Below are positions 55,870 through 64,000 of a stretch of DNA of 64,000 nucleotides, in pieces. A program made the translations under genes and the position numbers. The stretch lies in NCBI GenBank assembly GCA_018302545.1, contig JAGVZM010000001.1, positions 79,033-143,032 of the forward strand, read 5' to 3'. Numbering within the stretch: position 1 is the first letter of the stretch; each line of letters starts with the position of its first letter. Source of the stretch: Candidatus Woesearchaeota archaeon (GTDB lineage: Archaea > Nanobdellota > Nanobdellia > SCGC-AAA011-G17 > GW2011-AR18). Under the pieces are notes generated by a model that worked only from the letters and a program-made list of their open reading frames with translations, was not told the origin of the DNA and did not search any database.

Positions 55870-57834
55870 TTACACCCTAAAGAAAAATCCAGATATTCCA
55901 AATAACCCTAATATCTTAATATACCAAGGAACATTAGTTATGTTTATTGGATAATCTTCTAAAAAAACATATTCTTTACCATTAATATCTTTATAACTTA
56001 TCTTAACTTCAAAAGAATCATTATCCTTTCTATATAAATTAAGTCCTTGTGCTGGAATAGTTATTCTACTAATTGTATTTGAACTAGGTTGCTGCAAAAC
56101 TTTTTGCCCATTTATCTCTAAAACTAGATCATTCACAGGAACTTTACTAGTAATAATCATATCCAAATTAAAGTTCTCATCATAATTAACAGATTCAGGA
56201 TAATTTACACTCTCAATCATAAGACCTGGATCATTTAAGATCATAAATTTAAGAATCTCCTGAACGTTAATATCTTTACTTCTAGCAGTAGCTTTTAAAA
56301 TATGTTCTCCTACATCTAGATTAATAGAAAAGTTTAGGTTTTTTTCTTCAGTAATAGATAAATCAACATCTTGACAATTCTTTCCAATACAAACACTCAA
56401 ATCGTTTAGAGGAGTATTCCCTAAATTCTTTAAAGAACAATCAATATTTTTTTCATTATAAATAAGCATGAACTCAGGAACATCACATTCAAATCTTAAT
56501 TTTTTAGAAACAATTGAAGTCTCTTCAACTAAAGAATTTTCCTCTATTAAATTTTTAGCTTCATCTAAACTCACTAAACCTAAGTTATTGGCATAAGTAA
56601 GATTAACAAACTCTTTCTTATGAAACTGATCTTCAATCTCAATTAGGGAGGTATAAATATAATTATCCTCTAAATTTTGAGGTATTTTAGTTATCCAAAA
56701 AATTTTTTTTATTTGCCCAGGCTTTAACAAAACATTAATATGATTATCATCAAGAAGTTCAGTAGATTTTATGATAGTATATTTATTAGGAAAATAAAAG
56801 GCATTCTTATTTTTTATCTCAACTTCAATAGGAACATAACTACCAGGAGCAACATTATTGACTAAAGTCTTAACTTTAAAATCAATAGGAAAATCTATTT
56901 TATTACCTTTGTTTTTTACCTTTGTTTTTAAGTCTATAGTCTTACCCTCTAAAGAAACATCTACAGATTTCCAACTATACCTTATTGTAGGGTCTCCAGA
57001 ATCAGGATTATGTTTTAATTTTATATGGGAAGGATCAACCCAACCCATCTGCCCATATGTAACATCAAAAGGTATCCAACCTTCACCAGGAAGATAAACC
57101 TCAGCCCAACCATGAGGCCCCCAATCGTAATTAGTATTTGTATAAGCAACCCCATAAACAAATCTAGCAGGAATTCCTAAAGACCTAGTCATAGAAATAA
57201 ATAAATTAGTCAATTCATCACAAACACCTTGTCTACTTTGCAAAACCCAACTAGACTTCTGAACTACATCAGCAGTTAAAGTAGAAAGATCATATTTGAT
57301 GTTATCATTAACCCAATTGCCTAATTTAAAAACAGCAACATAAGCATCATCTTCACCACTTACAATCTCTTGAGCTTGTTTCCTAATCTCAGGAGTTATA
57401 TCTATAAATTCAGTGGCTCTAGTATATTGGTTATCTATATCTGAAATAGGAAAAGTAATTTTGTCATCAACAATAACTAATGCATTTTCTATTGAAACTT
57501 CTGAATTAATTCCAAAGTTTAGATCCTTTCTATCAGGATTAAACCAAGAAAAAGTTATTTCATCTAAAGATTTTCGCACATCCGCGTTAGGGTCAGAGTA
57601 TGTATTAACAAAAGCAACTTTCTGCATAATGTCTTCCCTAGGAAAAAATGTTAATATAGAAGATACATCTTTAACCTTTGAATTTGAATCTTTAAAAACC
57701 AAGCCAATATCTGCATCTAAATTAAATTCTAATTCTAACCTATCATAGTCATTATAGTCATTAATCTTCTCACTTTGTGCAATTGAAAAAGGGATTAACA
57801 ACAAAAAAATTAAGATAATTGCAACTAATCTCAT
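55870..57834 (-). CDS. secreted transglutaminase-like domain protein
   Basis: Signal peptide. QGVCDELTNLFISMTRSLGIPARFVYG (Cys), HGWAEVY (His) and FDVT (Asp) form the classic TGase-like core. Long beta-rich C-terminal region. Confidence 0.7.
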   Translation of the reverse strand: MRLVAIILIFLLLIPFSIAQSEKINDYNDYDRLELEFNLDADIGLVFKDSNSKVKDVSSILTFFPREDIMQKVAFVNTYSDPNADVRKSLDEITFSWFNPDRKDLNFGINSEVSIENALVIVDDKITFPISDIDNQYTRATEFIDITPEIRKQAQEIVSGEDDAYVAVFKLGNWVNDNIKYDLSTLTADVVQKSSWVLQSRQGVCDELTNLFISMTRSLGIPARFVYGVAYTNTNYDWGPHGWAEVYLPGEGWIPFDVTYGQMGWVDPSHIKLKHNPDSGDPTIRYSWKSVDVSLEGKTIDLKTKVKNKGNKIDFPIDFKVKTLVNNVAPGSYVPIEVEIKNKNAFYFPNKYTIIKSTELLDDNHINVLLKPGQIKKIFWITKIPQNLEDNYIYTSLIEIEDQFHKKEFVNLTYANNLGLVSLDEAKNLIEENSLVEETSIVSKKLRFECDVPEFMLIYNEKNIDCSLKNLGNTPLNDLSVCIGKNCQDVDLSITEEKNLNFSINLDVGEHILKATARSKDINVQEILKFMILNDPGLMIESVNYPESVNYDENFNLDMIITSKVPVNDLVLEINGQKVLQQPSSNTISRITIPAQGLNLYRKDNDSFEVKISYKDINGKEYVFLEDYPINITNVPWYIKILGLFGISGFFFRV

Positions 57835-58856
57835 TTCATCAACTCCTTAATTCTAGATATAAAGATATTAAAATCCTTTTTGTTTATTGAACAACCTCCA
57901 GCATGCTCATGCCCTCCTCCAAAACCATCTAAATTAATTAGAGCTTCTTTTATAGCACCACCTATATTTTTTTTGGAATTTCTCAAACTCATAACATATT
58001 TATTATCTTTCTCTCTAGCAACAATAACAGTTCTATTTGGATACATGTAGTTTAATTTATTAGAAACTTCTCTAGTAAAACTAGTATTCATAGAAGGATA
58101 AGTAAACACAATCATATCTCCATCATCAACTTCTTTTCTAGCTTTTTCAAATAGCTTCAAATATTCTTTGTTAAATTTTTGATATTTTTTAAACACTTGT
58201 TCACCTTCAGGAGTCAATTGATTCAAGACATCATAAGGAGAGGATAAACTTTCTAATTGCTTTAGTGATTGAGCAATATTCTTACCTTTAACATTGAACG
58301 AAATAATATTAAGCAATTCTCCAAATTTAGTCTCATAAGTCAAATAACCTGGATCCTCATTACTGTTTATATCTAAAAGATCAGGATACATTTTTTTAAA
58401 TTCTTTAATGAAATCTGGAGTATAATAATCAAATATACAACCAATTGTCGCTAACCATAAGCTATCTTGAGTTATTTGATAAGCCATATAAGAAGTAGGA
58501 ACATTACGTTTATGTTTTTGAGGATTAAAATAATTAACCCTCTTGAGTTTCAACAAAGGATGATGATCAATTATTAAAACTTCACAATGAATAGAATCTA
58601 TAAATTTTTGTGTAATAACTGCCTTATCTAAGATAACAACCAAATCAGGTCTTTCTTCATCTATTAATTTAAGATAAACAGGATCTATGCCCTCAGCACC
58701 CGCACTATTAGCAGCAATTCCTTGACCTTTCTCAAAATGTTTTTTTAGAATTAGATAAGAACAAATTCCATCAACATCATTATCAAACAAATAGATTGGA
58801 TTATATGAATTAGAAAGCAATTTCCTTATTTTTACAATTTCCAATTTAGTTAACAT
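57831..58856 (-). CDS. DHH-family phosphoesterase (NrnA/RecJ-like, DHH plus DHHA1)
   Basis: LIIDHHP is the DHH motif and GGGHEHAGG is DHHA1. Confidence 0.75.
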   Translation of the reverse strand: MLTKLEIVKIRKLLSNSYNPIYLFDNDVDGICSYLILKKHFEKGQGIAANSAGAEGIDPVYLKLIDEERPDLVVILDKAVITQKFIDSIHCEVLIIDHHPLLKLKRVNYFNPQKHKRNVPTSYMAYQITQDSLWLATIGCIFDYYTPDFIKEFKKMYPDLLDINSNEDPGYLTYETKFGELLNIISFNVKGKNIAQSLKQLESLSSPYDVLNQLTPEGEQVFKKYQKFNKEYLKLFEKARKEVDDGDMIVFTYPSMNTSFTREVSNKLNYMYPNRTVIVAREKDNKYVMSLRNSKKNIGGAIKEALINLDGFGGGHEHAGGCSINKKDFNIFISRIKELMK

Positions 58857-58893
58857 AGTAAAATTTAAATCCTAATGTATATAAAATTTCTGT

Positions 58894-59133
58894 ATGGACA
58901 CTAAAGACATAATATTTATAATGATTGTAATAATAGCCATAATACTCTTCTTAAGACTAGATAAAAGATTATCATTAGTAAATAGAATATTAATAGCAAC
59001 ATCTGGGGCATTGATCTTATTTTTATTATTCTTATTTGTATCCGCAATATTAGGGATAATATTATTGTTGATCGGAATATTATTAATAATTTCATTACTA
59101 AACAAAAATAGAATTAATTTAAAAAAGAGATAA
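58894..59133 (+). CDS. small membrane protein (79 aa), tentative
   Basis: Two hydrophobic helices. The opposite-strand ORF 58872..59105 is N/I low-complexity, so the plus strand was preferred. Confidence 0.3.
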   Translation: MDTKDIIFIMIVIIAIILFLRLDKRLSLVNRILIATSGALILFLLFLFVSAILGIILLLIGILLIISLLNKNRINLKKR

Positions 59134-59287
59134 GACCGAAATTTATTTAAATCTAATAAAAATAATTATTGTATGGCTTTTTTCAATATAATTATGGTCC
59201 TCTTGATAGTTTTAATTTTAATTAGTGGAATAGTTATGATTGTTTTGGAAGAACTAAACAATAGAAAAATTATAAAACTATAAATAT

Positions 59288-59866
59288 TTACTTAGCTAAA
59301 TTCTTATTTGCACCCAAACTAGGTCTAACTTTCTCTCTACCCTTTCCTTTTCCTCTCATACCTCTAGATTTTTTACCAGCAGAAGTTAAGCCTCTAAAAA
59401 CTCTTCCTTTATGTTTTCCAGAACTGATCCAAGAGATATTTTTATCTGACTTTATTTGTGAATGTTGAGGATCAACAAGTATAACCTCAAACCAATAATT
59501 TAACCCATCTTTTCCAACCTTATAAGAATTTAAAACCTCCAAGTTAGGATATTTTTTAACTGCTCTTTGCTCAGCTAGAACTTGATAACTCTTTTTAAGA
59601 ACTAATCTTTGCCTCATATGCCTAGATCTTCTACCATGTCTAATTGAAGGTCTTCTTTTTTGACCTCTAGGTAATCTAACTCTAATTAAAACAAAGCCTT
59701 GTTTTGCTTTATAACCCAATCTTCTAGCAGATAACAAATTAGTAGGATGCTCTATTTTAAGAGGAGTAGGTTCTTTTCTCCATTGAATTAACCTATTCTT
59801 AACAAAATTATTATATTCCTTGCTATCTCCCCTTTGTAAACTTTGTAAATATTTGAATACTCCCAT
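59288..59866 (-). CDS. rpl15e: 50S ribosomal protein L15e
   Basis: MGVFKYLQ...ARRLGYKAKQGFVLIRVRLPRG are conserved L15e blocks. Confidence 0.9.
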   Translation of the reverse strand: MGVFKYLQSLQRGDSKEYNNFVKNRLIQWRKEPTPLKIEHPTNLLSARRLGYKAKQGFVLIRVRLPRGQKRRPSIRHGRRSRHMRQRLVLKKSYQVLAEQRAVKKYPNLEVLNSYKVGKDGLNYWFEVILVDPQHSQIKSDKNISWISSGKHKGRVFRGLTSAGKKSRGMRGKGKGREKVRPSLGANKNLAK

Positions 59867-59930
59867 AATTTAAATCTGCCAAACAGATGTATATTTAAAG
59901 CTTATGGATGCAACACAAAAATATTTATAA

Positions 59931-60128
59931 ATGGTAATATCCCTCCAAAATATTATGAACATAAATGCAATATTAAAAATTGTTATAGGTCTTATTTTGA
60001 TATTAGTTGCAGTTTATTCTATTATTGTTTGGTGGTTAGCAGACTTCTTAGTATTATTAAAAGGAGGCATACCTGTACTTGTATTCTTGATAGGAATAGT
60101 TTTCTTATTATTAGGATTTGAAGATTAA
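59931..60128 (+). CDS. small membrane protein (65 aa), tentative
   Basis: Two TM helices. 2 nt upstream of the M50-like protease gene. Confidence 0.35.
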   Translation: MVISLQNIMNINAILKIVIGLILILVAVYSIIVWWLADFLVLLKGGIPVLVFLIGIVFLLLGFED

Positions 60129-60130
60129 TA

Positions 60131-60697
60131 ATGGCTTTTATATCTTTAATAGAGATAATTCATATAGCGATTGTAATTCTAGGAGTAGGTTATATCTTTA
60201 CAGGATTATTACCTCTAAGAATAACAAAAAATGTTCTAGACTCTTACACTAAAAAATTTAACTGGAAAGAATTCTGGTTTGCTTGTTTAGTTGCTTCCCC
60301 AGGAATAATATTACATGAAATGGCGCATAAATTCGTAGCTCTAGGATTAGGATTACAAGCACTCTTTCAAGTATCATATTTTGGATTAGCATTAGGAATA
60401 ATCTTAAAAATATTAAACACAGGATTCATAATTTTAGCTCCTGGTTATGTATTAATATCAGGAGCTACAACCTTAGAGAGTATTTTAACTGCTGCTGCAG
60501 GACCACTAACTAACCTTATTTTATGGGTAGCAGGTTTCCTGATAATAAAACACTCAAAAAAATTAAGTAGAAAACAAGCAATATTTTGGAGCCTTACAGC
60601 TGAAATAAATAAGTGGTTATTCATTTTTAACATCCTACCCATACCTCCATTAGACGGATCAAAGATTTGGATACCCTTATTTCAAATGATATTCTAG
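60131..60697 (+). CDS. site-2-protease-like membrane metalloprotease (M50 family, minimal)
   Basis: HEMAHK (HExxH) within a TM helix and NILPIPPLDGSKI (LDG motif) are characteristic of M50/S2P peptidases. Confidence 0.65.
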   Translation: MAFISLIEIIHIAIVILGVGYIFTGLLPLRITKNVLDSYTKKFNWKEFWFACLVASPGIILHEMAHKFVALGLGLQALFQVSYFGLALGIILKILNTGFIILAPGYVLISGATTLESILTAAAGPLTNLILWVAGFLIIKHSKKLSRKQAIFWSLTAEINKWLFIFNILPIPPLDGSKIWIPLFQMIF

Positions 60698-60699
60698 AA

Positions 60700-61206
60700 T
60701 TAAGCCTTTAATTCCTCTATAGATTTCTTAAGTTTTATAATATTTTTTTCTTGGTCTTCCAACTCTAATAAAGAACCACACTCAGGACACATAAAATTAG
60801 TTTCCATAGCATTCTCTATATTCATTCTTATACATTTATTTACACACTTATAGAATTCATGTAACTCTTCTCTTTCTAATTTTTTTTCTAGCTTTTTTAT
60901 CTTTTCATCTTTCAGTTTTACAATTAAATCCTCTATATATCTCTGATTCAAAGTAAAGTAATATATGTACCACCCTTTTTTCCTATCTTTCTTCCTAGTA
61001 GATGAAAGAAGGTTATATTGATCAAATTTGTATATAAGATTTCTCAAGGAATTCAAGGAGATCTTCAATTTATCAGCAATAATTAACTCATCAACGTTTT
61101 CTTTACCTTTAAGGACTTTATAGAGTTTATAAGCTAATTCTCCACCTATTTCAAACAAAGCATCCTGAATGCTACTTTCCTTAATGTTTTTCTTCTTTGT
61201 ATCCAT
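60700..61206 (-). CDS. tfe: transcription factor E (TFE-alpha, TFIIE-alpha homolog)
   Basis: N-terminal winged helix and C-terminal zinc ribbon CVNKC...CPECG. Confidence 0.75.
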   Translation of the reverse strand: MDTKKKNIKESSIQDALFEIGGELAYKLYKVLKGKENVDELIIADKLKISLNSLRNLIYKFDQYNLLSSTRKKDRKKGWYIYYFTLNQRYIEDLIVKLKDEKIKKLEKKLEREELHEFYKCVNKCIRMNIENAMETNFMCPECGSLLELEDQEKNIIKLKKSIEELKA

Positions 61207-61343
61207 TTTTTAAAGTAATTCCATTTTGGGTAATAAGATTTATAAATCTTGCTTTGTGTCTTCCCTTTTTAAAAGTTACTACAGAAAGATAATAAAAAAA
61301 GTTTTTAACAGATAATTTTCCTAATAATATTTATAAAATAGAG

Positions 61344-61886
61344 GTGAATTCAATGGGTTTATTTAGTTCAAATAAAAAAAAGGAAGAAGTTAGATCTATT
61401 TCTCAACAGCAAATGCCAAAATTGCCTGAATTTCCAAGTCTAGATGAGGATTCAGGATTTCCAAGATACGAAAGCACAGTAGCAGATATAAAAAAAGAAG
61501 TTGGCAACAGTCTAGGTGAAGATACCTCAGACATTCCAATTAGAAACCAAAGAGGTTTTGGTAGTAAAACAATGATGGGAGCAAACATGAATCTACCTAA
61601 AGATTTTATTCCTCCAAAACAAGAGATGCAAATGGCTCCTTCAAACTCAATAAGGAGAGTATCTATTGAAGAAGACAAACCATTATTCATAAGAATTGAT
61701 AGATATAAAAATGCGATGCATACTTTAGATACTTTAAAAGACAAACTAGAAGATGCAGAACATATTCTTAGAGATTTAGATAATGTAAGATCTGAAGAAG
61801 AAGAAAAAATAAAGTCATGGAAAAGAGACTTACAGAGCATAAAAGAAAAATTATCATCAATAGATAAGAATCTTTTTGAGGTTTAG
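61344..61886 (+). CDS. hypothetical coiled-coil protein
   Basis: 180 aa with a low-complexity N-terminus and helical C-terminus. The 3' end overlaps the next ORF by 11 nt in another frame. Confidence 0.4.
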   Translation: MNSMGLFSSNKKKEEVRSISQQQMPKLPEFPSLDEDSGFPRYESTVADIKKEVGNSLGEDTSDIPIRNQRGFGSKTMMGANMNLPKDFIPPKQEMQMAPSNSIRRVSIEEDKPLFIRIDRYKNAMHTLDTLKDKLEDAEHILRDLDNVRSEEEEKIKSWKRDLQSIKEKLSSIDKNLFEV

Positions 61887-62322
61887 ATTGACAAAGAAAA
61901 AACACCATATAGTTAAGAAAAATATTAGTCCTCATCATGAACATGAAGACAAAGAACCAATTCATGTAAGATTAGAATATTCTAATAGTCTTAGAAAAAG
62001 TATACTCAGATGCACAATAGACTCAACTCACATGTTAAAATCATTAGAAGAGATTAGAGGAATAAAAGAGAGGAAAGAAAAATTATTGGAAAGATTTCAT
62101 ACAACTTATAGTAATATCAAAAGCCTAGTAAAGGAGTTGAATAAAGACCTTCCAAGTCTTCCTCCAGAGCCAAAAAAAGAAGAACCAATACTAGTTAAAG
62201 AAGAGATTCATAAAGAACAGAAAATAGAACCAATCAAATCCAAAATAGAAGAACCACAAGACGAAATAAGTATGTTAAAGAAAGAACTAGCAGAGATAGA
62301 AAGTAAATTAAAAGAAATTTAA
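61876..62322 (+). CDS. hypothetical coiled-coil protein (K/E-rich)
   Basis: 148 aa helical. Possibly one gene with 61344..61886 if a frameshift is present. Confidence 0.4.
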   Translation: MRFRLTKKKHHIVKKNISPHHEHEDKEPIHVRLEYSNSLRKSILRCTIDSTHMLKSLEEIRGIKERKEKLLERFHTTYSNIKSLVKELNKDLPSLPPEPKKEEPILVKEEIHKEQKIEPIKSKIEEPQDEISMLKKELAEIESKLKEI

Positions 62323-62678
62323 AAACTAAATTTATCTTTAAGTTTTATATTCTCCGCATTTTTTAATTCCACAATATATTTACATTTAACATGTGGAATA
62401 AGAGCGATAAATGGTTTAATATTTCTCCTAATTTTTACAACTTCTTTATCATTGTTAAGATAAATAATATCTATAGGGAAAAAAACAAAGAAAGTATGTA
62501 AAGCAACATATTTCTCTTTATTAAACCACAAAATCAAACCATTTTCTTTAGGAAATCTAAACATTAATCCAAGAACTTGCTTAAGAAAAGTATCAGCCTT
62601 AATGACATTAAACGTTTTCTTTTCGCATTTAATTATCATATAATTAGTTTTATGCAAAGCTTTAAAAATATTCCCCAT
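62319..62678 (-). CDS. DUF192 (COG1430) family protein
   Basis: KADTFLKQVLGLMFRFPKENGLILWFNKEKYVALHTFFVFFPIDIIYLNNDKEVV matches the DUF192 GLM.R plus FWM.nT..PLDi.f pattern. Confidence 0.6.
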   Translation of the reverse strand: MGNIFKALHKTNYMIIKCEKKTFNVIKADTFLKQVLGLMFRFPKENGLILWFNKEKYVALHTFFVFFPIDIIYLNNDKEVVKIRRNIKPFIALIPHVKCKYIVELKNAENIKLKDKFSF

Positions 62679-62689
62679 TTGAAAGTTTC

Positions 62690-63928
62690 ATGACCATTAA
62701 GAAAACAAAAGAAATAACAGAAACAATACAACCAGTAGTAAACATTGGTTTAGTAGGTCATGTAGATCATGGTAAAACAAGTTTATTAAAATGCCTAAGC
62801 GGAAAATGGGCAGATGTTCATAGTGAAGAACTAAAGAGGGGTATAACTATAAAGTTAGGCTATGCTGACGTTACTTTTTATAAAACAAAAAACAACACAT
62901 ACACCGTACAACAAACATCTAAAGATGAGAAAAAACTAAGAACAGTTAGTTTTGTAGATGCACCAGGCCATGAAACATTAATGGCAACGATGCTTAGTGG
63001 AAGTGCTATTATGGATGGAGCATTGCTATTAATTGCAGCAGATGAAGAATGTCCACAACCCCAAACAAAAGAACATCTAATGGCCTTAGAAATTCTAGGT
63101 ATAAAAAATATCGTAATTGCACAGAATAAGATAGATGCTGTAAACAAAGAGGAAGTCTTAAAAAACTATAACCAAATAAAACAATTCATAAAAGGAACAA
63201 TAGCAGAAGATGTACCAATAATCCCTATATCAGCAAAGCACGATATAAATATAAGTTCATTAATTGAAGCAATAGAAAATTACATAACAACTCCTGAAAG
63301 AGATTCAAATAAAGATCCAATAATGTTTGTCGCAAGAAGTTTTGATGTAAACAAACCAGGCATAAAAATTGAAAAGATGATTGGGGGGGTATTGGGAGGA
63401 AGTATTAAACAAGGAATACTAAAAATAGATGATGAAATAGAAATAAGACCAGGAAGACTAATTCAAGAAAAAGGAATTGAAAAATGGATCCCCTTAAAAA
63501 CAAAAATAAAAGAATTGGTAACGTGTAATCAAAAAGTTAAGGAAGTTTCTCCTGGAGGATCAATAGCTTTACAAACAGATTTAGATCCATCAATAATAAA
63601 GTCAGATAAGTTAGGAGGAAGTGTTGTAGGTTTAGTAGGAAAGCTACCAGATACGTGGGGTGAACTTAAATTCAAACCTAATCTTCTAGCCCGAGTAATA
63701 GGAACAAAAGAAGAAATAAAAGTAGATGCAATAAAAAAGGGAGAGCCTCTAATGCTAAATGTAAATGCTATGACCACTGCAGGAGTAGTAGTCAATCTAG
63801 AAAAAAACAAAATTCATGTAAAATTAAAAAAACCAGTCTGTGCTGAGATTGGAAGTAAAATAGCTATATCTAGGAGACTAGGAAATAGGTGGCATTTAGT
63901 AGGTTGGGCTTTAATGCAAAAAAATTAG
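62690..63928 (+). CDS. eif2g: translation initiation factor 2 subunit gamma
   Basis: VNIGLVGHVDHGKTSL (G1), DAPGHE (G3), NKID (G4) and the zinc-knuckle insertion in the G domain. Confidence 0.92.
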   Translation: MTIKKTKEITETIQPVVNIGLVGHVDHGKTSLLKCLSGKWADVHSEELKRGITIKLGYADVTFYKTKNNTYTVQQTSKDEKKLRTVSFVDAPGHETLMATMLSGSAIMDGALLLIAADEECPQPQTKEHLMALEILGIKNIVIAQNKIDAVNKEEVLKNYNQIKQFIKGTIAEDVPIIPISAKHDINISSLIEAIENYITTPERDSNKDPIMFVARSFDVNKPGIKIEKMIGGVLGGSIKQGILKIDDEIEIRPGRLIQEKGIEKWIPLKTKIKELVTCNQKVKEVSPGGSIALQTDLDPSIIKSDKLGGSVVGLVGKLPDTWGELKFKPNLLARVIGTKEEIKVDAIKKGEPLMLNVNAMTTAGVVVNLEKNKIHVKLKKPVCAEIGSKIAISRRLGNRWHLVGWALMQKN

Positions 63929-64000
63929 TTTCCGTAACGAGGACCTTCAACATTTAAACAACCAGAAGCAACAATAATAATTCTTCCATTCTGATTAGGT
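63925..64000 (-). CDS. C-terminal end of an unidentified protein (gene continues beyond window end)
   Basis: Reverse-complement translation ...PNQNGRIIIVASGCLNVEGPRYGN* is open to the window edge. Too short to assign. Confidence 0.3.
   Translation of the reverse strand, partial: PNQNGRIIIVASGCLNVEGPRYGN

Noticed and set aside
58872-59105. 77-aa minus-strand ORF
   Set aside because: It is an N/I-rich low-complexity product. The plus-strand two-TM ORF over the same DNA is marginally more protein-like, though both are weak.
1-64000. CRISPR arrays, rRNA genes, IS elements with terminal inverted repeats
   Set aside because: No regularly spaced direct repeats, no rRNA-like conserved blocks, and no transposase motifs (DDE, HTH-IS) were found on reading both strands.

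Overview
This is a gene-dense, AT-rich archaeal chromosome segment with DPANN/Nanoarchaeota-like traits: minimal informational proteins, multi-intron tRNAs and a split aminoacyl-tRNA synthetase gene. The protein-coding backbone is mostly information processing: rpoH, rpoB'', rpoB' and the start of rpoA'; thermosome; AlaRS; NAC; aIF2-gamma; TFE; a YchF-like GTPase; and r-proteins S11, S4, S13, L21e and L15e. Also present are RpoF plus a COG1491 protein, a minimal Nop5 with fibrillarin, Sec61beta, a leucyl aminopeptidase, a ParA/MinD ATPase, a Fur/Zur regulator paired with a ZIP transporter, Nudix, DHH and EEP hydrolases, and a PIG-L deacetylase with a GT2 glycosyltransferase. There are several large secreted or surface proteins: a 1272-aa beta-helix protein, an 847-aa protein with a Cys-rich repeat, and two transglutaminase-like proteins. 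RNA genes are an RNase P RNA (38362..38736) and three tRNAs carrying non-canonical or multiple introns: tRNA-Tyr GUA, tRNA-Asp GUC and one of unresolved identity. Features worth a second look are listed here. (1) cysS is cut into two same-frame ORFs by an inserted Zn-ribbon/PD-(D/E)xK nuclease-like gene. (2) A 177-aa unknown ORF is translationally coupled between rpoB' and rpoA'. (3) An operon of two paralogous helical proteins, MinD/ParA, three tandem paralogous small membrane proteins and a lipoprotein lies next to a class-III-signal pilin-like gene. (4) The giant beta-helix protein has its C-terminal membrane anchor out of frame at poly-T tracts. (5) Three tandem paralogs sit upstream of it, one interrupted by an in-frame TAA. 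(6) A P-loop kinase-like ORF sits between nop5 and flpA. (7) Two large unknown proteins, one with a transglutaminase-like Cys-His-Asp core, lie side by side. No CRISPR array, rRNA or intein was seen. All calls rest on motif recognition by eye; nothing was searched against a database.
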